From NCBI GenBank assembly GCA_030265395.1, contig JARFYF010000029.1, forward strand, positions 23,476,959-23,540,958: a stretch of 64,000 nt of DNA, in the 5' to 3' direction. Under the pieces are notes generated by a model. That model saw only the letters and a list, made by a program, of their open reading frames with translations. It ran no database searches and was not told the origin of the DNA. Below are positions 39,521 through 51,531 of the stretch, in pieces. Within the stretch, counting starts at the first letter, position 1, and every line of letters begins with the position of its first letter. Source of the DNA: Rhina ancylostomus. Taxonomy: Eukaryota. The position numbers and the translations under genes are program-made.

Positions 39521-40115
39521 TCCTACCTTGACAATCTTCATCTGACATCAATTCCTCTCACCAATGCCCTCCATCAACCACTGAACCTACCCCAACTCTA
39601 ACCCCAACAGCCAAACTCTTCTCTGATGTCCATCTCTCTGTTTCCCACCAATATTAAATTCTTTCCCATCTTTCCCTACATCCATGATCTCTGATTTATC
39701 TGCAATCACTCTTGCACCTTCAGGGATATACTTCCCAGCCCAGCCACATCCACCTCCCCACTTCACATCGCAATTTCTATCCAAACAATTATGAATCATG
39801 GCTGATGCCTTTCATGGAGGCTTCCCATGTCCTGGTGAATGATCGGTTTAAAACAAAAGCTCAAAGAAGCTAAAGCTTCCTGACATGTAAGGGTTTTTGC
39901 TACAAATAATAGGTTCTGGAACAGAATGTGTAAACAGTAGCCTACCACATCAATAGCACTCCTTTGAGGTGAAAGTGCCAAATGGACTGTAATCAAAGCA
40001 GTACAACAGGAAACTAGTCAACTACCAGCAGCAACTCTGCAGGTTAAATGGCGCTCTAACAAGACATGACCTCTTTAATCTGATAACAGATCAAATGTAG
40101 AGTGGAATAATTTAC

Positions 40116-40468
40116 TGGATTTCTGTCTTTTTATCTCATTACTGATCCAAAAGCATTTTTGGCTAGTTTACAACACAGACCACTCCATTTAACCAAAAGA
40201 TTAAGCTGCAGCCACAAATCCTTTATTCTCCACTTTTAAAGAGCTTTATTTCACATCACTTTTCTCCCTGTCTCAGAGATTTCATGTTAGAGCTGATAAC
40301 TTGTTTGGTTGTCAGTCTATGAATATCTTTTGGAATCACTTCTGACTTTCTTAGCATTCCTGTAACAAGAACTGGCATCCCAACATGAATTGAAGTGCGA
40401 CTATAAAGTCCTAAACCACATTGACTAGCTAACTCTCTCAACCATTCTTCTGAAGATGTTTATCCTTG
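40116..40468 (-). pseudogene. Candidate exon, degraded; 3' boundary uncertain
   Basis: gtacttgcacag|; SSEEWLRELASQCGLGLYSRTSIHVGMPVLVTGMLRKSEVIPKDIHRLTTKQVISSNMKSLRQGEK* followed by several stops. Confidence 0.45.
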
Positions 40469-40851
40469 CTGTGCAAGTACACAGTTGCATGGATGTCATC
40501 TCCCCATTATAATATTAATCAAAAAGTAATTACACATGTGTAACTTGGCTTCTATTTGTGGTGGGTATCTCAGTTGAACCCAATTCTTTCTACATCTGTT
40601 GTTTCACACTCGCTTAGAATGTGATGGAGAAAGGCTGGAGGGGCATTGGCGTGGGCACTCGTTAACAATCAGGAGAAATAACCCTTGGGTTGAAGGGTTA
40701 TTTGAGATCAACACAGCCAGATTAAAACTGGCCATTCAGTCTTCTCTGTACAGATACTTAATGCTTATATAGCATGATCCATCAAAGAACCATATCAGCC
40801 CCAACATTGCTATCCTTGATGTCACTGTGATGAAGGAGTCAGTGATATTAC

Positions 40852-40917
40852 CTTTGATGTCACAGAGCACCATCTCCATGGTAGTGTTTTATAGGCCTTG
40901 CCAAAAAATCAGAGCAG
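40852..40917 (-). pseudogene. Candidate exon (66 nt, phase 1 to 1, one TAA)
   Basis: tatttatatttccccag|...AAAG|gtaata; (T)ALIFWQGL*NTTMEMVLCDIK. Confidence 0.7.
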
Positions 40918-40994
40918 CTGGGGAAATATAAATAACTGTACATTAGATTCTCCAGGCTACCATTTCCCTGGGCTTTTGTGAATTGAACACCTAC

Positions 40995-41072
40995 TTTGTG
41001 CATGACAGGCAATAATGGAGTTTTCACATTTCCTCCATTCATGAACTTTCTTCATCTCTCTAGGCAGGTCAA
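40995..41072 (-). pseudogene. Candidate exon (78 nt, open, phase 1 to 1)
   Basis: catttttgcttctggcag|...A|gtaggt; DLPREMKKVHEWRKCENSIIACHAQ; followed by a 77-nt intron with a CTAAT branch motif. Confidence 0.7.
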
Positions 41073-41475
41073 CTGCCAGAAGCAAAAATGTCACAATCAT
41101 AACTTTGAACAACCTTGTAGAAGTAATTGTTTTGTGTCATTGTCCTTCACTGACGTACAACATGGAATGTGAATGGAATGACTACCATTGCATGTAGCAC
41201 AATATCTCTTGCCATTTAGGACAGACCTTAAAATAGACATTGGGGCAGATTTTCATGCTCCTGTGTCTCGGTGCATTTCATTGCCTCAGTGTAATAAAAT
41301 GCATCTTTTTTTTTGCTCTTTTACAGCTTTCAGGAAAACATGGTGACAAAATAAAAATGTTAACAAATAACAATCTGAAATGAATAAACTCTGGTTAACC
41401 CATTTTTCCAATACTCTCTGTTTTAATTTTACTTAACACCACACTTGCTTATTTTTACTGTATTGTACGGTATAC

Positions 41476-41513
41476 CTGACAAGGTCCAACAGAGTCAATA
41501 TATTAAAAAAACA
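41476..41513 (-). pseudogene. Candidate small exon (38 nt)
   Basis: ctatattttag|...CAG|gtatac; the phase 2 to 1 frame VFLIY*LCWTLS joins the next exon. Confidence 0.4.
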
Positions 41514-42679
41514 CTAAAATATAGATGTTACACACTCAAGGTGCACATATTATCAGAAGAATGATCTTTTAAAACATTTATTTTTCATTTGCTTTTACTT
41601 TTCTGTTTGACAGTTTCAATTTCTTGTTAATGTAATTTTCTCTGCACTACTCTTGAATACAGAGGTCATTAAATACGCCACTAAAATTTCTGATATTTGA
41701 TATAATAAAATATGGTAAGCATCACACTTGTTAGGTCAGCTGCAAAATTGTGTTATCATATAACGTGCACATGGTTAAAAATGTGCATTGATGCAATGTA
41801 CCCACAACATGAACACCATCAAACTTCAAACTACATCATTAGCTGACAAGACTGAAAAATGGTAAAATCTTTTGAAATATTTAATGCAGTCTGGGTCACA
41901 AAAATACTTGTAAAGTAAGGTCTTGAAATGGAAAAGCTTGATGGCACAGAATTAATCTAAAATGTTCCAACAATTATATGGGACAGACACCTTGTTTTAA
42001 GACAGTTAAATAGTTTATTCTTGTGTTGAACATGATTATTTGTTTTAAGGGGGATAAAAGCCTAGAACTATAAGTCTGAGGCAACAAAAGAGTTTTGAAT
42101 AAATCTGTCTCCACATAATTAAAGCTAGTTCAGAAATTATGATGAAAAAATAACCATTCACCCAATAAACTCTTTTCCAGCTACCATATTTTCAATATCC
42201 TCAGAAGGTAAATAAAGAAAAAATAATACTGCCCACTTCAAACACTTTTTTTGTACCATGAAAGAAAATAGTACTGATATCAGAAGGGGCAACAAGAAAA
42301 TAAAATTCATTATCTACTGCATATCATTGAAAACAAAAGAGAGAAGATCCTTGTTCATTTGTTTGATTCAGAGAGGAAACACTTGATCTAATTAATTCCT
42401 ACTTAAATATTCTTATTGATGTTTTTACAAAGGGCAGGAAGATATGACAACAGCCCAGAATGTAAAATAAAATGTTATACGTATAACTGAATAACAGTGT
42501 ACAATAGTTAAAATAAGCCTAGACTCAGTGACCTCACCCTAGTTACCGGAGGAGTGGAAAGGATACAAATTTGCTTTGTTGAGTTTACAGTAGCTTTTGG
42601 TGAATAATAATTGGGGCTAATGATTTGATATCCCATAAATTTTCTGCATGATTATTGCTATTTTGTATAAAAGGCTGCA

Positions 42680-42790
42680 GAACAGTAAATGTGATCTGAA
42701 TTGATCTGTACGAACAGTATGCAAGACAAGATTTTCACTGTACCATGGTACAAGTGACAATAATAAACCAATTCCAATTTCAATTCCAAT
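42680..42790 (+). mobile_element. Short LINE 3' end with a (CCAATT)n tail (Rex1/RTE-like)
   Basis: gcaagacaagattttcactgtaccatggtacaagtgacaataataaaccaattccaatttcaattcc; related copy at 60340-60478. Confidence 0.65.
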
Positions 42791-42978
42791 CTGGTTTTAT
42801 AGAATTGATCTGAACAATAATAAATCCTTTCCCCTGCGATTCATTGTCCCAGTTGGCCTGTTCGGTGTTGTCGTGAAGAGGAATTCACAAAATCAGTCTG
42901 AGAACTGCCACAGAAAGGACTAACTAGGCTGAGAATAGTTGGATATTGTAAACCACTTTAACACTGGCAATATGGTAC

Positions 42979-43048
42979 CTTGGGATTTTAGTGGAAAATT
43001 CACAATCTTGCAGCTCCATGAGTTTTCAGTGGTGGTGCATACAAGCCT
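42979..43048 (-). pseudogene. Candidate exon (70 nt), frame uncertain
   Basis: ctcttctcctgtcag|...CAAG|gtacca. Confidence 0.35.
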
Positions 43049-43074
43049 CTGACAGGAGAAGAGCTTCTGCTGAC

Positions 43075-43235
43075 CATAAAATATAGCAGCAGAATTAGGC
43101 CATTGAGTCTGCTCCTCCATTCAATGATAGCTGATTTTGTTTTTAACCTCACTCTCCTACCTTCTCCCCGTAACCCTTAACCTCTTTACCAATCAAGAAC
43201 CTATCAATATCTGCCTTAAATACACCCAATGACTT
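43075..43235 (-). mobile_element. CR1 3' terminal fragment
   Basis: SLGVFKADIDRFLIGKEVKGYGEKVGE plus 3' UTR. Confidence 0.85.
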
Positions 43236-43460
43236 GTGCTCTGTATTGTAGTGCAACGTGGTGTGGTAACAGAGGCTGAACTTAGGCCAAAGATCCTGAG
43301 GCTGTGCAATTCTACCTCTCCCCAGTACTGGTGCACAAATCAATGTGAGTTCATCAGGAACCATAGACCTTCTTTAGCTTTACCTTTACTGGCACCACCA
43401 ACTAATCACACATACCAACTATAAAAGAACAAGTCTATATGCAGCTGCTTTGAAACCTAC

Positions 43461-43668
43461 CCATCTGTTGTAAAAAGTGCTTTGCAATCTAGATGGAAGG
43501 TTTTCACAGCAGTGGGACTGGGAGTCAGATATTCAATACGAAGGTGTGAAGAGGGACCATCCAGTAAACAACGGTGGGTAAATGTACTGCTTGTCACAGC
43601 ATGTGTGGAAAGATGTGCTCATAAATCAACAACACAGTTGGGAATTTACACATATGTCTGGGACCACA
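43461..43668 (-). pseudogene. Candidate exon (208 nt, phase 1 to 2, two stops)
   Basis: ttatctcctaag|...GG|gtaggt; WSQTYV*IPNCVVDL*AHLSTHAVTSSTFTHRCLLDGPSSHLRIEYLTPSPTAVKTFHLDCKALFTTD. Confidence 0.6.
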
Positions 43669-44329
43669 CTTAGGAGATAATTAATCTGGGTTCTAACTGG
43701 CATGAATATCAACAAATCTAATGCCTCTGCTCAAAAGAAGGATTGAATGGAAGACAGCTTGGAGCCTTGAATTAGGTGATTAATAAAAATAGAAAATCAG
43801 AAGGATTAAAACAAAGCAAAGGGAACAATTGATAACTTGGGATAGTGGGAGCAGATACATTATTATTCAATTTGCTAAAAATGCCAAGATTGTATTCATG
43901 TAACTCACAAGCAGTAATGCAAATGTGATTGAATTATTACAGCATATGAGTAATTTATTTTTCAATGAAATTCAATTCTTTTTTTCAAAAAGATTTCCTA
44001 CCTCCCTTGTAATCTGAACACTCAACAAACAATCATAATGTTGCACAGACAATAGTTTTCACCATAAGATGTTTGAGGGTATATTCCAATACACAAAGTA
44101 TTCTAACCTGCAAAAATATCACTTTTAGGGAATATTTCCTCTTTATATCAAAAATGAGTTGATTACCATTTTATTATTTTTGATCTACTAATAAAATTCC
44201 AGAATTGCAAGGTTTTGAAACATAAATTTCCTGATGACCTAACAATAATGAGAAAAGGGCTTCAATCTTAAATAGGACGTCTTTAATAAGTTCTCTTTTC
44301 CAGCCAAACACTTTCTTATCTTTACTAGT

Positions 44330-45135
44330 TCACCTTTGACATGGGCTCATGACTGGTACTCTTTAACTTTTTTTCCACTGCTGCCACACCTTGTGATGTT
44401 CTTTTCACCATGCTGTCTGATTTCCATCCATTACCCCTCCAAATATCCAGTGCTTTCCCATCTATGATGCCTTATAATTCCATGATACAGTATCTTGTCT
44501 CCAATCCAAAGTTTCCAATTCTCCTCATTCCCCCACTCTGGTTGTTTGATTCTCTTACACCCACGTTGCCTAGTTACAGCGACCCTCACCAGAATGCTCA
44601 ATTCCCTATCTGTGCAATGCCGGAGTTCTCAGCAGATGTCTTGTTCTCCCCTTCTGCCACTGTCCAATCAATCCCCAACTCTACAGTCAGATTCTCCTCC
44701 TTCATGATGTCAATTTCCCCTCAGTTTGTATAAAACTACCCCACTCATTATATCAAATTCCTGCTTCTCCCAAGGCATTCAATTACCCTCTTTGTTGACT
44801 GAATCTTCCTCACTTCCACAATGAGGATTATCCTTCCCTCGGCATGTCTGTTTGCCCTCTCCAACTACATCTGATTTATTCCCATCCCCACAGTGTCTGT
44901 GATTCCCATATTCCCCTTATGATGTCTAAAATTCCCACTCACAGTGTTCAATTTATGCCACAGACGAGGTGTTCAATTACTTATTGTGGTGACTGATTCT
45001 CCCATCTTCACAATGGTGAGTTCCTCTTTTCCTATATTCCCTTAACCCCATGATATCTGACTCCTTTTCCCTCATGATATCCAATTCCCCTACTCTACAA
45101 ATCCTCACTCTCATCCTCTCCTGCAATTTCTGATT
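44330..45135. repeat. Degenerate C/T-rich minisatellite-like array (unit about 22-25 bp)
   Basis: Recurrent gatgtc-n-aattcccc variants (gatgtcaatttcccc, gatatccaattcccc, gatgtctaaaattccc, aatgctcaattccc, gtgactgattctccc). Confidence 0.55.
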
Positions 45136-47213
45136 TCTCAGATGATTGGAAACCTGTTGTGATAATTTAAAAGAGGTCCTCCCCTAAATTTGGGAAGAGC
45201 TGTGAGAAAGTCTTACCTATGGGTTTCTCACTGCAAATCACACCAGCTTGAAGTTATTACTGGGAATTTAAATGTCCTTTCTCAGTAGTGGATGACATTG
45301 GTCCAGATTTAATTGGCAAATACAAATGGTTGTGAATGGAATCGCTGGGATATAGCCATATAAATGTCACTGAGTCCAGAAGTTCTATGTATGTCTGGTC
45401 CAAAACATACTCATTAATAAGTGGTCCTGGCTCATTCAACATACCTGTTCTGCATGGGATTCAGTAGGAGAGAGGGATCTTGTTGGGATCCCCCAGCAAT
45501 TATGCTCAGGAATCAGTATTTGGTTCCTGAACTAGATTACAGCCTCCACAGCATCAACAAGACCATTGATTTCAATGGGACTGGATGGGGTGGGGGTTCC
45601 AGAGAAGAAAGATAATAAGATAATTTCTATTTTTCAAGTTATTTGTAGTTTAATCATTCTTTGTTATTTAGAAGTGGTTTTAGATTGTTTCAGTCAGCCT
45701 TTTTATTTTTTCAGAAAATTGTATGATTCTTTTTTTTTACTTCATTTCTGAATGAAGTTTTTAAATGCTTCTGAATCTGAATGCCAGAGACATTCTGAAG
45801 CATCTGAAGTTCTGACAGCTTTAGCAGCTAGCAAAGCTGGGGGAGGGGTTTGCTGGCTGTTACTACCCTCAGAATAAATGTGGGCTCAGGGTTTCTCCAT
45901 TGCATTATTGGAGGCCTCACTGCCATTCACGTCTTTGCCACTGGACTTCAGGGGGCATCAGACAAGTAAGATAGGCTCTCAGCCTATTGACTGGGTAAGA
46001 TCAAGAGAGCACAGATTGCACACTGACATGTGCAGCAACATCCAGGCCATGATATATACTTTGCAAAATCCTTCAGAATATATGTAGTCGTGAATGTAGG
46101 AGGTCCTGCTGAACTTTAGAGAATAATTACATGCAAATATGCACATCTGACATACTTCACTGAATTCTGAAAAATTACAAGGTAATACTTTAAGCCATTA
46201 ATGAAATCAGTCCCAACATTGTGACATGAGACTGTTAATTATTAAGAACTAAGGGATGAATAATTAATCACCGATTACAGTCAGANNNNNNNNNNNNNNN
46301 NNNNNNNNNNNNNNNNNNNNNNNNNNNNNNNNNNNNNNNNNNNNNNNNNNNNNNNNNNNNNNNNNNNNNNNNNNNNNNNNNNNNNNNNNNNNNNNNNNNN
46401 NNNNNNNNNNNNNNNNNNNNNNNNNNNNNNNNNNNNNNNNNNNNNNNNNNNNNNNNNNNNNNNNNNNNNNNNNNNNNNNNNNNNNNNNNNNNNNNNNNNN
46501 NNNNNNNNNNNNNNNNNNNNNNNNNNNNNNNNNNNNNNNNNNNNNNNNNNNNNNNNNNNNNNNNNNNNNNNNNNNNNNNNNNNNNNNNNNNNNNNNNNNN
46601 NNNNNNNNNNNNNNNNNNNNNNNNNNNNNNNNNNNNNNNNNNNNNNNNNNNNNNNNNNNNNNNNNNNNNNNNNNNNNNNNNNNNNNNNNNNNNNNNNNNN
46701 NNNNNNNNNNNNNNNNNNNNNNNNNNNNNNNNNNNNNNNNNNNNNNNNNNNNNNNNNNNNNNNNNNNNNNNNNNNNNNNNNNNNNNNNNNNNNNNNNNNN
46801 NNNNNNNNNNNNNNNNNNNNNNNNNNNNNNNNNNNNNNNNNNNNNNNNNNNNNNNNNNNNNNNNNNNNNNNNNNNNNNNNNNNNNNNNNNNNNNNNNNNN
46901 NNNNNNNNNNNNNNNNNNNNNNNNNNNNNNNNNNNNNNNNNNNNNNNNNNNNNNNNNNNNNNNNNNNNNNNNNNNNNNNNNNNNNNNNNNNNNNNNNNNN
47001 NNNNNNNNNNNNNNNNNNNNNNNNNNNNNNNNNNNNNNNNNNNNNNNNNNNNNNNNNNNNNNNNNNNNNNNNNNNNNNNNNNNNNNNNNNNNNNNNNNNN
47101 NNNNNNNNNNNNNNNNNNNNNNNNNNNNNNNNNNNNNNNNNNNNNNNNNNNNNNNNNNNNNNNNNNNNNNNNNNNNNNNNNNNNNNNNNNNNNNNNNNNN
47201 NNNNNNNNNNNNN

Positions 47214-47362
47214 CTTTTCCCTCCTATATATTGGGCTTCCCCTTTTCCTATCTTCAGTCCTGAAGAAGGGTCCTGACCCAAAATGTTGACCACCTGCTTT
47301 TCTTCCTCCAGCATCACAAGTGTTTTTCATCTGGATTCCAGCATCTGCAGTCCTTTGTTTCT
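47214..47362 (+). mobile_element. Penelope terminal repeat with a degenerate hammerhead, next to a 0.9-kb gap
   Basis: gtc-ctgaaga-agggtcctgaccc-aaaatgtt-gac...ctggattccagcatctgcagtcctttg. Confidence 0.75.
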
Positions 47363-47427
47363 CACTGAACATGTCTTGTTTAATTTGCAGTAATTGAGTT
47401 TTTAACAACATTCCAAGGCATAATTAC

Positions 47428-47902
47428 TACTGTAAGTCATGAAAACTTCTGTGCCCTTGAAAATTTGGTTTAGCATATGTGCGGTGTGGTGGTGATGGGG
47501 GTTCGCTGAGAATCCACTCTGTTTTCTCAGAATGAGCACTGAGTATACATCCAAAAAGAAAACAGCCAACTGATGTGAATTTGGACAAGTTGGTCTATGC
47601 AAGAGTTTTGATCTGGATTCCAAGCTAATATTTCACAGAAATACCAAATCCTTTATATCAATGGAGTTTGTTGTTCTTATTAACCCAGTAGGGAGGGAGT
47701 AGCTGTTGAATACCACACAGAATCCAATTGGATAAAAAGTTTGTAGAAGAACCTGAGAGTACAATTCTTATTGCATTACATGGTTGACATCTCCCATTCA
47801 GCATTAGTTGCATTGTGTTTGACTGAGAAAATCTTGCTCTACATTTATGTAGAGTATGTATCCAGGGCATGATGATTGAGCAGCTGTGGAAGTAGTTTTA
47901 AC
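47428..47902 (-). pseudogene. Candidate exon (about 475 nt) with stops and a probable frameshift
   Basis: gatgacag| acceptor; protein-like stretches RLKLLPQLLNHHALDTYST and ELYSQVLLQTFYPIGFCVVFNSYSLPTGLIRTTNSIDIKDLVFL*; donor gtaatt or gtagta. Confidence 0.45.
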
Positions 47903-47944
47903 CTGTCATCAATTTCACAAACATGCTTAGCACTTCGTCTTGTT

Positions 47945-48545
47945 ACTGTAACAGGGTCGGGATACCAAAGCAGGAAGTCTTGCTAGGACTTTTTAAGTTT
48001 TTGGTGAGATCTCATTTGTTGTACTATTTGCTGTTTTGATCTCTGTACATGAAGAAAGATATACTTGCTTTGGAGTCAGTGTAAGTTCATTAGATTGATC
48101 CTGGAGATCAAGGTGTTGGTCTGTGATAAGAGATTGAGTGAGATTGGCATATACCTATTGGGACCTTAGAAGAATGAGAGATGATCTCACTGAGGCACTC
48201 AAGATTCTGAGAAGGATATGGAAAATCTGTTTCCTCTAGCTGGAAAATCTAGAATAAGGGGACAGAATCTCAAGGTAAGAGGTCAGACATTTAAGACTAT
48301 AATGAATAGAAATTTCCTTTTGCAGAGCATTGTAAGTCTTTTGTTTTCTCGATCTCAAGAGGCACAGTTATTGAGCACATTCGAGATTGATATTGATAAG
48401 ATTTTAGATACCAGGCAAATTAGATGATATGGGATTCAGGCAAGAAAGTGGATTAGGCACAGGATCAACCATAACCTTATAGAATTGTGAAGCAGCTCAA
48501 GAGGCCATAAGACCAAACACTACTCCTGTTACTTCTGTTCTTAAA
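47945..48545 (+). mobile_element. Degraded CR1 3' fragment
   Basis: agaagaatgagagatgatctcactgag (RRMR.DL.E); ENLFPLAGKSRIRGQNLKVRG. Confidence 0.8.
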
Positions 48546-49692
48546 TCCATTATTTCTATCAACCAAACTGTAAACAATTGCACAGCTATTACCAGATATA
48601 ATCATCCACAATCCAGTGACCTGCACGGTTGGTGATTAGAAGGTGAACAATCAAGTCATCGGTAGTCCAATAACTAAACAACCAGGCTTCCTGAATATCA
48701 TCAAAACTCAAGCAAGCATTAAATATGTGGCTGATCTTGGAATGTCAGGCCCAAATTTTAACTGATGTATTTACCTCATCAGCATTCCATTTGATGGAGC
48801 TTAAGCTGGCAAATGCATTTTGCTACATTGCACATATTTAATATTAGAAAATCAACAAGGAAATATGCACTTCAAATTCACATTTCAGTTAAGACTGGAA
48901 CTCATGTATTGCTGCAGCACCAATTGTAGAATTGCATTCTTATAACTAACAGGCTTTTTAAAAACTATAGTGGAAAAATTAATAATATGAATAAGAGCAT
49001 GTAATGGCTAATGTTGAGGAATGTATCTTGCTAAATTACATTTTTGTATATGATAAAAGAGAGAGGAGTTTTTGATTTTCTTGAGATTTTCATTGCTTCT
49101 TTCTTTTTGATTTAATCCATCATTTTTCACATGCCCATTGCCTTCTTTAAATAAATTCCCTGAGAGCTCAATGCTGTAGAGGAAATTTTAATTAAATATT
49201 ATTGTGGGCTACTCTGATCAATCAGAATGAAGAACCACTGTGGTCTTAATGAGTATACTAAGCTTGTGATTTAATTGCAATATATGAGGCTGCCTGAGGA
49301 TTACAAGTGAATGATCTTCAAAACACAATGGCTCTTACAATCACTCGCTATGAATTTTATAGCCTCCTAGATTAAAAATTAATAAATTTACTCCACAGAA
49401 AGAGAGGGATGTTTGCAGTAATGTGAACCTAATCTTATTCTCATTACACACCACTTATTCTGAATCCGCACAGCTTTACATTTGATTCAATAATGCAGAG
49501 TTTTCAGGCGGGGGTCATTTCTGGCATTAAGAGAATATTATAATCATTTATTGTGAGAAAATGACCCATTTCTCAAAGGTTAAACCAGAACAGGAAGCTG
49601 TGCTGATTTCAGCAGTTGACCTTGAGGAGACGGGGTGTGAATTCAGCTTCCTGGAGGGAAACAGGTTTAATACTTTCTATCTTATGGTATAC

Positions 49693-49829
49693 CTTCTTCC
49701 TATTAAGAACAATACATCAATGCCATGCCATGAAGGGCAGCAGAGCAATGTTACAAATTGTCCCATTCTTTTCAACAATTCATTACAGAATTCCACCACG
49801 GGCCATGTTGCATATTTCATTGTTGAATT
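49693..49829 (-). pseudogene. Candidate exon (137 nt, fully open, phase 0 to 2)
   Basis: caattaattacag|...AG|gtatac; NSTMKYATWPVVEFCNELLKRMGQFVTLLCCPSWHGIDVLFLIGR. Confidence 0.65.
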
Positions 49830-49999
49830 CTGTAATTAATTGTTGTGAAGAAAAGCACAATTTGTGAGAGATAACCCATTCTTCTCAGGGTCCACTTATA
49901 ACAGCAGTTTCTAAGAGATAAATTCATCAGTAATTAAACAAACAAGAGCAAGTCAAAATCAGGTTCACACCACCCAGCATTTAAATCTCCCATTGCTAC

Positions 50000-50276
50000 A
50001 AGCTTTGACAGAATCATATGTGGATGAGGAATTCAACAATAAGAGACAACAGAAGAGACAACAAAAGACTGCTTAATCCATCCTGAAAGCAAGTGGGAGA
50101 AGTCATCTTCTTGCAAAGAAGAGCATTCCATACAAAGTGCTGACAAATCACAATGTGAAAGGTATGCATTCGCCCCAAGAAGGATACAGTACAACCTTGC
50201 AAATAGTCCTAAGGGCTGTGAAAGGCTTGAGAGCAAATTTGGTCCATCCCTACAGCTTGAAGCTATCCGTGTATAA
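50000..50276 (-). pseudogene. Candidate exon (277 nt, phase 2 to 0, one TGA)
   Basis: tgtttgtgtgatttag|; YTRIASSCRDGPNLLSSLSQPLGLFARLYCILLGANAYLSHCDLSALCMECSSLQEDDFSHLLSGWIKQSFVVSSVVSYC*IPHPHMILSKL|gtagca; the donor is weak. Confidence 0.55.
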
Positions 50277-50378
50277 CTAAATCACACAAACAGTGGCAAA
50301 AATGAAGCTAAGAGAATGAAGCAGTGTATAAAAATTAAATTACACTGGAACAGCAAACAAAACCTAAAGCATGCAAAC

Positions 50379-50511
50379 TTTTTTTTGGAGTACTAAGGAA
50401 TTTAGCTTGAAGCATGCAAGGCAGGGAGCTCTCATTTGTCTTGGTGGAACTGCACCTGCAGACTTGGAATGATATAGATAGCACAGCAAGTAATTTGCTT
50501 CTCCAGAGGAT
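50379..50511 (-). pseudogene. Candidate exon, frame ambiguous
   Basis: gttaagcag| acceptor; two open frames (ILWRSKLLAVLSISFQVCRC... or SSGEANYLLCYLYHSK...); weak donor after an A8 run. Confidence 0.35.
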
Positions 50512-50631
50512 CTGCTTAACAGATTCATGAGAAATATGAATGACATTAATCTTTTTGATTGGAAGCCCCATGTATTATTAATGTAAGAAATCATTAAAAA
50601 AAGATTTCTTATTCAAATGAGGAAGACTTAC

Positions 50632-50702
50632 CTAAGTGGGCAGACTTGAGACAGTTGCATCAATAAGCCTTATTTCCAAATAAACCTTATTTCCCAACTG
50701 TC
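50632..50702 (-). pseudogene. Candidate exon (71 nt) with consensus splice sites
   Basis: ctgatttttcag|...TAG|gtaagt; the phase-1 frame reads QLGNKVYLEIRLIDATVSSLPT*; every frame has a stop. Confidence 0.6.
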
Positions 50703-50944
50703 CTGAAAAATCAGAATGTACCCAAAAGTGGACATTTGCAGGTAGGGCCCTGTTAGTGTTAATGGAGCAACATGCAATATCTATGTCGTCTGTTTGTCAG
50801 GGTGGCACTCATTAAATCTGTACTATTTATTGGGCACATTGTGCGATATTGAGAACCAAGGAATTTACTTAAAGGATGATAAAAGACTTTAAATGAGAGG
50901 TAAAGTTCAGCTGCTAAAACTGTACACTTTATGGAAGAAATTAC

Positions 50945-51030
50945 TGAAGGAGGAAGTGAGCACTTTGGTCAGCCATTGGTGAGAGAGTGGATATCCTTTA
51001 CATTTGGGGGAGGAAGCCTCCTTGTATTCA
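50945..51030 (-). pseudogene. Candidate exon (86 nt, open, phase 2 to 1)
   Basis: ctctcccactgcttcctcag|...A|gtaatt; EYKEASSPKCKGYPLSHQWLTKVLTSSF. Confidence 0.5.
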
Positions 51031-51330
51031 CTGAGGAAGCAGTGGGAGAGATTGCTGAGTAAGTTAGTGACAAAAGTATTGACTAAGAACATGGATACAA
51101 TGCAGGGCAATAAAGTCAATTATTCAACCAATATTGACAAGGTAAGAAGACTGTTCCAATACTTTTCTCACCACAGTCATACCACTCAATAACTTCAGGA
51201 ATTCTAGCTTTTTCCATTCCCTCATTGTTATAGTGAAAAAAAGTCACTTACACCGTCTATTCTTCAGGGCAAACAGAAACGCATTTATTTCAGTTGATCT
51301 TACACTTGCAAATGGGAGAAGGTAGCTTAC

Positions 51331-51531
51331 ACATTCTCCTTGATTGTGCAGAGTACAGCACCTTTATACATAATCAGAGGCATAGTCCAGCACCTTACAA
51401 TATCCCCACCCAAAGTACAGATATTCTCTTATCAGCGCTGAACCAATCAGATGGAGACCACTAGCTCTTTGTAGACCCCATCTTCAATAGGGCCTGTACT
51501 GTAAGTTCAAACTACCTTCCATGATTGGGTG
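51331..51531 (-). pseudogene. Candidate exon (201 nt, phase 2 to 2, four stops)
   Basis: gtctgttcttgctacag|...GT|gtaagc; TQSWKVV*TYSTGPIEDGVYKELVVSI*LVQR**ENICTLGGDIVRCWTMPLIMYKGAVLCTIKEN. Confidence 0.5.

Noticed and set aside
46268-47411. 349-aa and 376-aa ORFs, and similar ORFs at 1094-1700
   Set aside because: They consist almost entirely of X residues from assembly gaps.
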